Positions 1 through 8,967 of a DNA stretch of 64,000 nt are shown here, piece after piece. Location: contig NW_026867489.1 of the NCBI RefSeq assembly GCF_020745735.1, positions 186,001 to 250,000 of the forward strand. Direction: 5' to 3'. Within the stretch, counting starts at the first letter, position 1. Each line of letters opens with the position of its first letter. Below the pieces are notes generated by a model. The model did no database searches, was not told the DNA's origin, and saw only the letters and a list, made by a program, of their open reading frames with translations. The DNA comes from Hemiscyllium ocellatum (taxonomy: Eukaryota). A program made the position numbers and the translations under genes.

Positions 1-145
1 CTGGGAATGTATGTCCCTTCATCAGGTGTCATAATCACTCAGATATGTGTGAGGAATGTTGAAAGTCTTATAGGGCTTATGCCCAAAACGTCGATTCTCC
101 TCCTCCTCGGATGTTGTCTGGCCTGCGGTGCTCTGCAGTCCTCAC
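1..145. repeat. Right arm of a short inverted-repeat (MITE-like) element; paralog of 28492-28637
   Basis: Contains agggcttatgcccaaaacgtcgattctcctcctcctcggatg, homologous to the right arm of the complete inverted element at 28416-28637. Confidence 0.65.
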
Positions 146-1891
146 CTTCTCCTATTTCAAGGAACTAGAAAGACATTCCTGTTATTTAAGCAGAGATCTG
201 ACAAATGTGTTTGATGACTGTCATATCGAAAATGAAAAACATACTGAAAGAATACATATTCTCCTGATGATTAGTGATCAAAAAAGCATTTTAATTTTGA
301 CTATCAGCATTTTAAACTTGGCAAATGTTGAAAGACTGACAACTTTCTGAAAAATGAAATTCTTCCTCTTCTATCTTTTAAGTGTAGCTGTGGGGAGATT
401 AGTTGTCACAGTGCAAATTAATTAATGTGAACTTTCCAAACTGAGAACAACACGAAACGAGTTACTTTTTCCTTCACGCTGCGGGTGTTCCAGACTGAAA
501 TAATCCAAGGTCCAGAATTCAGTCTAATTCCTGCCCTGGTCTCCATACCTTTCACTGCTGCCAGTCTGATGGGAGGATCCGATGAATAAATGAGCTGTGA
601 GCTCTTGGATCGCACCTACTTAATCTGTCAGCAATGAGCCATCAGAGAGACTGGATATTATTCAACATTAACGGAATTCTTGAAATAAACAACTTCAGTG
701 TCAGTTTATTTTGTGTAAATCTGCATTCACCACGTAGAATCATGACTTTTGCTTTCAATGCATTATTTATAAAGGCATCTGTCATAATTTAAACTAATGT
801 TCAAATGTACACAATGTTTCACATAAAGGCATTGCTAACGTTGTTTTAATTATGCATTCTATGTATTTCTACACTGTTGCGTTATCAGGTGGTATTTGGT
901 GCCATAGCTGGATGATGACATTTCTGAATTTGTGCAAGTCGTGGCCCTGCAGATTCTGTCTCTCAAGTGTCGGGTTCAGCAATGACATTTGAAGACTTTG
1001 CAAAGACCATTAGTTAAAGACATTCGATCACTGCTGTTACTGTTTAAACTTTGCAAAAATGTCATCAGATTTGATATATAGCATTGACATTTTTCATCTT
1101 CTCTGCTATCTGCTAACTTCGCTAATATTGCCCATGAGTTAAATGAGGGGATTTTCACAATCCGTTATCTGTTGCGGTCTGACACCATGATACGTTAATG
1201 AGAGACGCAGGGGCAGAAATCGAATAATCTGAAAAGCTAAACGACTGTGAAAAGAAATACATTGATTACTAGCACTAAGAAAGTAATTGCAAGAAGACAA
1301 TGCCTCTACATGACTGATTCTGTCAACACAGACAAAAAGAGTGATTTCAGGTGCAAATTAAGTTCACAGTGAGGCATTGGCAGAGGAAATTGGATGCAGT
1401 TAACAATTCTCCCTGAAAATGCACGTGACATATCCGGTTTCTCCTGTTCATTGGTAACTATTCGTTTGTATATTAGTATGCTGCAAACATCAAGTGATAC
1501 CAGAAAATTTTTGTCTGCTGCATCCCACATAGAAATGTCCCAGTCACCACTTCACAAACTCAGTCTAACTTGTGATGGTGAGTGAAAAATGAACCACTCA
1601 ATTTAATTTCAACAACTGCATGCTTGCACGGAAACTACTTCTTTCAGATCATTAAACGGTAAGGTGACTGGTCCGCTCAGTTTGACTTCAAGCTGAATCC
1701 CAGACCAGTTAAAGATCAAATTGGTTCAACATTTAGTGAGTCTGCAAATTGTCCCTTTTGTCAGTTAGTGGCAACCTGACTTTGCTTACGTATCATTTCT
1801 GAACATCCGAGCGCACAATTGATGTCTCTCTTCTTTCACATAAACGTTGACGTTGTCATAACTCGTTCATCCTATCACATTATACACAGGA

Positions 1892-1901
1892 AGTGACATC
1901 A
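1892..1901 (+). promoter_or_regulatory. CRE-like TCR V-promoter decamer AGTGACATCA, overlapping a GGAA (ETS-type) core
   Basis: Exact match to the AGTGA(C/T)(A/G)TCA decamer known from TCR V-beta promoters, about 95 bp upstream of a signal-peptide exon ATG (1997). The core GTGACATCA is retained in the unit B paralog (30766-30774). Confidence 0.55.
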
Positions 1902-1996
1902 AATAACAGGCAGGTAGTGCTGTCAGCTTTGTGTTGTCTGACGTTGTTGTGGTTTCTGAGGCCCAGAAACATTTCTCATATTCCAGCGTCACTGTA

Positions 1997-2042
1997 ATGT
2001 GGTTGTCCATTGTCTCTCTGGTCTGGTTTACTTCTGTTATTG
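1997..2042 (+). other. Signal-peptide (leader) exon MWLSIVSLVWFTSVI-G with phase-1 donor
   Basis: ATG at 1997, 15 hydrophobic codons plus G, then GTAATA donor at 2043. The paralog at 30870-30915 encodes MWLSIVSLVFVTSII-G. Layout is typical of antigen-receptor/MHC leader exons. Confidence 0.65.
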
Positions 2043-2125
2043 GTAATAACTAAATTTTTAAATCGCATTTATTTTCTCGAGGAATAAATGTGACAAATAC
2101 AAATCTTGCTTTTGGCAAATATCAG

Positions 2126-2445
2126 TGTTGGATTGGAACACATTTTGGTTTTTACATACACTTTTGCGATCTATCTTGAATGAAGAACAAAAGTACACGG
2201 AACACAATGTAGAAGCGAATTTTGGGAACGACGCTGAATTCAGAGATTATAGCTGTCACAAAACAGCGTATAACCTTCAGTTCCTTTGGCCAATAATGAG
2301 AGGACAGGCGGACAAATGGACTGAAGTATTTAGAATGAAGCAAACAGATTTGGCTTCGGACATGGAGAGGAATATGCCACTTGAGAAGAATTACAGATCT
2401 GTAAGTTTAAATGAGAAAATGCTCGTGGCAAAGACTCTGCAATGA
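2126..2445 (+). other. Open frame in phase with the 1997-2042 leader; unknown product (possible MHC-I alpha-1-like or V-like relic)
   Basis: AG acceptor at 2124-2125 gives G|TG in phase with the leader. 106 open codons; candidate GTAAGT donor at 2401. The unit B paralog has a TAA and a lost acceptor. Confidence 0.3.
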
Positions 2446-2959
2446 GGATTTGAAGAGAAATATGTTTAACCTCAGACCAGGCAGAAATATGTTTCTCATT
2501 ACGGTAAGAAGCATTAGGGGAAAACAAGAATCAATAATTTGAAAGGAAGCCAGATAAACGGGTGCATGTGATACGGATGGAGTGTTTGCTTCAAGCACGA
2601 GAGGAAGAAATAGGCAAGACGCCAGTGTTTACACATTGGCATGAGCCTGACTGTAAGAATGAACTTCTTTTCTGCTCTCGGTAAGGAACTGTTGCGAATT
2701 TAGTTGAGTTCACTCATACATTTTATCACTGATTTCGGCTTTCCCTTACATTGTGTTTAGAGCTGAACGATGCAGATTCTGTCACTCAGTGGGAGACCTC
2801 TCTTGAAAATGCACCTACAGCTGAAATGATCATTACTTATTCTGGTACTGTTTAAAGTTTGATTGAAGATTTGTAGCTCGGGTATCCGTTGTTGTGGTTC
2901 TGTTCGCCGAGCTGAAAGTTTTTGCTGCAAACGTTTCGTTCCCTGGCTAGGGAACATCA

Positions 2960-4057
2960 TCAGTGCTGTTCGAGCCTCGTGTGAAGCGCTGCTTTGATGT
3001 TTCTTCCGGTATTTATGTTGGTTTGTTCTTGCCGCTTCCGGGTGTCAGTTTCAGCTGCCGTGATTTGTATATGGGGTCCAGGTCGATGTGTCTGTTGATG
3101 GATGTTCTTGCCGCTTCCGGGTGTCAGTTTCAGCTGTCGTGGTTTGTATATGGGGTCCAGGTCAATGTGTCTGTTGATGGAGTTTGGGGATGAATGCCAT
3201 TCTTCTTGGAATTCTCTGGCTGTTCTCTGTCTGGCTTGTCCTATGATGGTAGTGTTTTCCCAGTCAAATTCATGTTGCTGGTTGTCTGAGTGTATGGCTA
3301 CTAGGGATAGCTGGTCGTGTCGTTTTGTGGCTAGCTGATGTTCATGGATGCGGATTGTTAGCTGTCTTCCTGTTTGTCCTATATAGTGTTTTGTGCAATC
3401 CTTGCATGGTATTTTGTAAACTACGTTAGTTTGGCTCATGCTGGGTATTGAGTCCTTTGTTCTAGTGAGTTGTTGTCTGAGCGTGGATGTTGGCTTGTGT
3501 GCTGTTATGAGTCCTAAGGGTCGCAGTAGTCTGGCTGTCAGTTCTGAGACGCTCCTGACGTATGGCAGAGTGGCTAGTCCTTTTGGTTGTGGCATGTCCT
3601 CGTTCCGTGGTCTATCTCTTAGGCATCTGGTGATAAAGTTGCGTGGGTATCCGTTTTTGGCGAATACCTTGTATAGATGTTCCTCTTCCTCTTTTCGCAG
3701 TTCTGGTGTACTGCAGTGTGTTGTGGCCCTTTTGAATAGTGTCCTGATGCAGCTTCGTTTGTGTGTGTTGGGGTGGTTACTTTCATAGTTTAAGACTTGG
3801 TCTGTGTGTGTTGGTTTCCTGTGTACCCTTGTGGTGAATTCTCCGTTGGGTGTTCTCTCTACTAACACGTCTAGGAATGGGAGTTGGCTATCCTTTTCCT
3901 CTTCTCGTATGAATCGGATTCCTGTGAGTGTGGCGTTGATGATTCGGTGTGTTTTTTCTATATCTGTGTTTTTGATGATTACAAAGGTGTCATCAACATA
4001 TCGGATCCAGAGTTTGGGTTGGATTTGTGGTAGGGCTGTATGTTCTAACCTTTGCAT
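2960..4057 (-). CDS. Penelope-like reverse transcriptase C-terminal part plus GIY-YIG endonuclease (5'-truncated)
   Basis: 365-aa ORF with WIRYVDDTF (RT catalytic motif) and VVYKIPCKDCTKHYIGQTGR..RIHEH (GIY-YIG type). Confidence 0.9.
   Translation of the reverse strand: MQRLEHTALPQIQPKLWIRYVDDTFVIIKNTDIEKTHRIINATLTGIRFIREEEKDSQLPFLDVLVERTPNGEFTTRVHRKPTHTDQVLNYESNHPNTHKRSCIRTLFKRATTHCSTPELRKEEEEHLYKVFAKNGYPRNFITRCLRDRPRNEDMPQPKGLATLPYVRSVSELTARLLRPLGLITAHKPTSTLRQQLTRTKDSIPSMSQTNVVYKIPCKDCTKHYIGQTGRQLTIRIHEHQLATKRHDQLSLVAIHSDNQQHEFDWENTTIIGQARQRTAREFQEEWHSSPNSINRHIDLDPIYKPRQLKLTPGSGKNIHQQTHRPGPHIQITAAETDTRKRQEQTNINTGRNIKAALHTRLEQH
3025..3182. repeat. 79-bp tandem duplication near the 3' end of the Penelope element (terminal-repeat-like)
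   Basis: gttcttgccgcttccgggtgtcagtttcagctg...ctgttgatgga occurs at 3025 and 3104. Confidence 0.85.
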
Positions 4058-4252
4058 AACTGGTACTGTTTGTAGCTGGGCAGACAGTCCGAGTTCGCAA
4101 TCCAGAGGTAAAAAAGTATTATTTCTGAAAACAAGGCGGATTTCTCTCAGAACCGCTTTCCTGATACCGTCCAGCAGGCAGAGAAGTTTTACTGATTGAC
4201 CATCTCAGAGCTGGTGCTATCAGACACCGCAGTCTATTAATGTGGAACCGCT

Positions 4253-4291
4253 CAGAGTAATGGGAAAGAGTGAAAGCCTTGTACAATATTT
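4253..4291 (+). promoter_or_regulatory. Degenerate 23-bp-spacer recombination signal sequence of V1
   Basis: CAGAGTA (4253-4259) + 23 nt + ACAATATTT (4283-4291), directly after the Y*C end of the V exon. Confidence 0.75.
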
Positions 4292-4819
4292 GCTGCAGTA
4301 TCTGTTTATCAGTTGCTGCCTGTTGAGGGCTGTTTATAACGGGTTATACACTGACACTTAGGAACATTCCTGTGAAGAAATGCTTGAAGACTATCTGTCA
4401 GAAGAAAATCTAAAGTCATTCACATGGATTGGTGATATTGATTATTGAACTGATTATGAGACGTATGTCATTGGCACCTTTGTATTTGGTGATGTGTGGA
4501 AAGCCCCGCTCACTTTCATTGAGAATACAGATTGTGAAACTGGCTTGTCAATAACTGTATCCACTGATCTACGGATTGAAAAAGCCTGGAATCTCATCAT
4601 TTTCGATAAGACATACTGAATGAACAGCAGTCGGTCATTGATGAAAATCTGAATCATCACACTAACCTGATTGAACATATCTCAATATTGAAGTACATAT
4701 ATTAAAGATTGAAAACCCATAATAATGCAAAATATACAGAGAATATTTTCGGCATATGATGAGAAGTTAACTAGCTATGACATTATCAGAAAAGGAATTA
4801 CAAAATGTTAACAGGAATA

Positions 4820-5130
4820 AAGAATATGAGGTACAATGAGAGCTGAGACACCTTTACCCTGAGAGAAAGAAAGAGTAGGATGTGGAAAGACGAACAAAAA
4901 GAGATCATAACATTATCAGGGGTGTGTATAAGGTCAATGTTAAAGGTCTCTTCACCTGGGTACGCGAGTTCAAACGTGGAGTACAATTTTTTAAGCTGAA
5001 AGGGGAAAGATTTGAGGGAACGTTTGGGGTAATTTTCTCACATAGGGGTTGATGTGTACGTGCAATTAATAGCCCGAGAAAGAGGTAGATTCAGGAGCAA
5101 TTATAACATCTCAGAGACGTTTATGAAGGC
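4820..5130 (+). mobile_element. Old CR1 LINE 3'-end remnant
   Basis: Degenerate similarity to the CR1 3' ends elsewhere in the window (gctgaaaggggaaagatttgagggaac...). Also present in unit B at about 32480-32800. Confidence 0.6.
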
Positions 5131-5672
5131 ACGAGTTGGACAGAATGAATTGTATCTTTGTTGCATTGCTCCGTGACTCTAATCAGAGAGAACAGGCGCT
5201 CTTCGTTCTTGCAAAATTTGGTATTAAAACATCTGATTGCAAAAAAAGTGGTCATTGTAGCGAATATTAATCGAGATTTTAGGAACTTGAATTCATTTGT
5301 TCAGGCATTTTATGAGTAAAATGTATCTGTTTTATTATTTTCTTACCCATCTTACAGTGCGATCCTGCTGCTTTGAAATATTCATTGCTGATTCGAAAAC
5401 ATGGCCAGGTCGGATATTTTGGGAAGATTTCTTGTGTGCATCTGTGTAACAATAGAGAAGAAATTCCCTAATCTCTTGCATTGCTTATTGTTCGAATGTA
5501 TTCGATATAAGACAGAGAGCAAACCCAGTCCAGTGAGGCGCTGTTAACTTTTAGATTATTCAGTATTTGGATACATTTTGAAAGCATACGTTTCTCTCCA
5601 GTCGTCCCGTGACGCCCTCCATCCTCCTTTCCATACATGCACCATTTAATGAGTTTTGTTTCATTGCGTCAG

Positions 5673-5711
5673 AGTTTTTGTACGAGACTGGCTCCCCTTC
5701 CTGTCACTGTG
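5673..5711 (-). promoter_or_regulatory. Canonical 23-RSS of V2
   Basis: Minus strand: CACAGTG (5711-5705) + 23 nt + ACAAAAACT (5681-5673). Confidence 0.95.
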
Positions 5712-6239
5712 TCTCTCAGTCCACAGTAATACACCGCGCTGTCAGACAGCTGCAGCTCACCAATGGTGAAATTGCCTTCACTGTTCGACGTGTCCAGAGA
5801 CGACAAACTCGAGGCCCCACTCCCTCATCTCTGAAAGGAACTCCGTAGCTAGGGATGTACATCAAGAACGTCAGAGATTTTCTGCGGTACTGACGGTACA
5901 ACTGTATAGAATATGAGTTATGTTGGACCGAATATTTGAATTTAATAGTCACTGAGTCTCCTTCGAACAATTTGATCACAGTCAGCTCTTGTGAAATCGA
6001 ATCTGTGCAATTAGCACCTGTAGCAATTTGGAAATAAACGAAAAATTACTTGTCATATTCTCGTTTTAATCAAATAATGTCAAGAATGTGCAAAAATGCG
6101 TCACAAATAGCGAGGCAAATTTAGTTACAGGAAAGGTAACCATACCAATGTCAATTATCAGCAACATTTGCCACTTCTTGAACTTACCAGTTAAGAATTC
6201 TGCAGCAGTCATCAATGAGTAAAATGTAAAAAGCAACAT
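5712..6239 (-). pseudogene. TCR alpha/delta-type V segment pseudogene (V2) with intact leader, splice sites and RSS
   Basis: Leader exon 6239-6188 (MLLFTFYSLMTAAEFLT-G|GTAAGT), 170-bp intron, V exon 6017-5712: DSISQELTVIKLFEGDSVTIKFKYS..IQLYRQY..GVGPR/(frameshift)/SLDTSNSEGNFTIGELQLSDSAVYYCGLR. F at the C23 position, L at W41, net -1 frameshift in FR3. Confidence 0.93.
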
Positions 6240-8967
6240 GCTTGCAAAGCAGGGGGTGAGCTTGAGCAAGGGGAAATGAAAGTAGATTTTCTTTGTTCAG
6301 AGACGGTGGTGGGACTGAACACTGCAAACTGAAACTGAAGGGTTTTTAAAGCTGATATTCTGTCATATCCTTTCTTCCTGACAACTGGTTCTTTCGCATA
6401 ATCATCGACAGGTGGCAGTACAGTTGTGCTTCTTTATCAAGGGCACAGTGAGTCCAAATGCAAGATATTGACTACAACACTCTTGTCCTTCTTTAAGGAA
6501 TGTGAACAATGATTTGGAATTCACATGAGGGATTATTTCCCAGACTAATTCCAGGAAAGAAAGGACTGCCCAGCAAGTGCTCTTCTCACCAACCTTGAAC
6601 TTCATGTGTTATTGAAATGTGGAGAAAAGAAATAAACAGTGGTGATTGTATCTCCAGGTTCCAGCTCTTAGAATTTGATAGCAATTTATCTTGTTGACTC
6701 CAAATCGCGTTGATCATTCGCAATAATTGCACACAGACTCCAGAACAAGATAAAAAAGCATCTGTGCAATCTCGGCAAGTTTGCATTTACAGATTATAAC
6801 GCTAATAAAACGCCAATTAAAACAATAGTTGATGATGTGTGGCAAAGCTATTCGTTTTATTACAGTAGAATAATTACTTTTTCATTTATTTGTGTGAAAA
6901 TCTGGAAGTAGAGTTTTTGTATTGCATAATGTATTTAATCATCACTCTGTGTGTTGTAGTAGGAATGTGGTTATAGTGATAAGTGAAACTGTCTTCAATT
7001 CTCATGGATTGAATCTCCTTTGAAAATGTCTGTGTTCCTATAGTCATCTGTTTCAACAAATCTGACTCTGCTGGAGATCCACTCCTTGTCTTTCCCGGTT
7101 TGGCATTGCCTGAGGAAGTATATTAGAAGTAATTATCCTAGTTGTGAATGTAATAAACACAACGAATGTTGAGCGACTATTCTGATTTCTCGTCACCATG
7201 GACGGGATCTGTGTCACAAACTGACTGAAAGCGACTGGAAATTACACAAATTACAAGTTTAGATAATTGGTAATCGTAGCAAAATAAAACAACAAACGGT
7301 GATAACCTCGCGGCAATGTTAGCAAATGACGTGATTGTGGGCATCATTATTTTGAATCAAAATAAGGTCGGTTTATTTCATCAGTACTCTTGTATCCAGA
7401 TAAACGGAGTGGAAATAAAACACGTGTTTCTGCCACCTCCAGATGATGATTTGCATTACGTGCAGGGGATGCCTGCAGCCAAGAAGTATTGAGGGAGACT
7501 CGACTTCGGGGTTGGACTGGAATATTGGAAAGAATCGAACAGATCTGCTCGTGGAATCTCCTGAGATTACTGATGGGCGGGACGGTTACCTGAAATCACT
7601 TAGTGAACTATTTGAATTCGCAAGATTTAAAGAGGGATCACGTGGTGGTCTGTTAAGCCGATGTGAATGCTGTGCCCAAATTGGGATGATATCAATGGCA
7701 TTTGGGATGAGCTTGTGACTTGGTGAAGTCGTTTAACTTCGATCACATGAGTGAGGAAGGAAATCAATTCTTACACTTTCATTGGGTGCGTCATATTCCA
7801 AAGAGCAGCAACTCGACTCATTGATTAGTCAACGTACAGGCAAATGGAAACAAAATGCATTAAGAATAAATGTTCTGTGTCATTTTAGCCAATGTTTCTT
7901 TCCTCCTCCAACGAAGGTTTCATTAAACAATAACGTTCTGCACACGTTGTGCTTCCCTGACATACACCGCTCACTGCTACAGTGACAGGGAATAAAGCGG
8001 CATCCGAAAAAGCAATGGATATTTTGTTAACTTTTGAAAAAAATATATACTGTTTGTTTTTGATTGGGTTTGCCGAGGTTACTCTGGCAATGGAGCTGAT
8101 AGTATTATGTTGATGTCTCCATATCAAAGCAGATTCGTTGCGGTATCACAAATAATGATTTATCATGAACATACAACATTTTTTCCAATACTGTCGACCT
8201 GTCAAAACAACACTGCATCATGCCACTTCTTTGTTTACATTCAACTAGACGTCAGATTTTGCACTCGACTATATATGAGTGAATACTTTACTGTAGCACA
8301 AACTCTGTTGTTTTTCTGATGAGAAGGGGCTGTGCCTCAGGTGTTTTTGCATTGGACCGTGCCGTGTTTTATATGTTCTTGATCATGTCTCTCTGCACTT
8401 GATGTTATGATTTCTATTCCATGTTTTAATAATTAATTACTATTCCTCCATTTAAATTTCCAACTTCCCCTCCCCATCCCAAAAAAAATCTGTCGTCATT
8501 CTTAAGTATTTTGGCATAACATCTGAACATGTGGGACAGGCTGAAGGTCTGAACACTCTATTCCTGATACTTATAGGCATGAATGCATGCTCACCTTTAT
8601 TTCAAATACGTGCTGAAATGTAATGTTGTTTTTCATTTATCCCATGAGTTCAGCACAGTTTACGGGCAGATTTAAAGTTATAAATTCACTCAAAACAAGA
8701 ACTGTGGTCTCAATTCACTCTAGCACAAATCTTTCGCAGTATTGTTGGACTGCTGTCAGTCACAATGGTCTTGCAGCGCCCAGTACTTTCATTCAGTGCT
8801 TCATGTGATGTGAAGTAAATGGAATTGGCTGAGGCCCGGCTTTTGTGATGATCAGTAGAACACCAACAAACAGCACCCATCAGCTGATCTGTTCTTACTC
8901 ATAGAACATAGAACAAGACAGCACAGAACAGGCCCTTCGGCCCACGATGTTGTGCCGAAACTCTATC

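Larger units (their letters stand above)
2854..4059 (-). mobile_element. 5'-truncated Penelope-like retroelement with 12-bp target-site duplication
   Basis: RT plus GIY-YIG ORF. Flanked by ctggtactgttt at 2842-2853 and 4060-4071; the empty site carries one copy in the unit B paralog (about 31716-31728). Confidence 0.92.
2641..4252 (+). pseudogene. TCR alpha/delta-type V segment pseudogene (V1), split by a Penelope insertion
   Basis: Putative leader 2641-2680 (MSLTVRMNFFSAL-G|GTAAG), intron to AG at 2760. V exon 2761-2853 plus 4072-4252 reads DSVTQ..(FR1 deletion/frameshift)..KCTYS*NDHYLFWYCL*LGRQSEFAIQR*KSIISENKADFSQNRFPDTVQQAEKFY*LTISELVLSDTAVY*CGT, followed by a degenerate 23-RSS. Confidence 0.9.

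Noticed and set aside
407-413. Isolated CACAGTG/CACTGTG heptamers (407, 1366, about 14461, about 16747, 23252, about 27644)
   Set aside because: No nonamer at 12- or 23-bp spacing and no adjacent V, D or J coding end.
7449-7456. Ig-promoter octamer ATTTGCAT (also ATGCAAAT at about 19627)
   Set aside because: No leader or V exon downstream in either orientation; a few 8-mer hits are expected by chance in 64 kb of AT-rich DNA.
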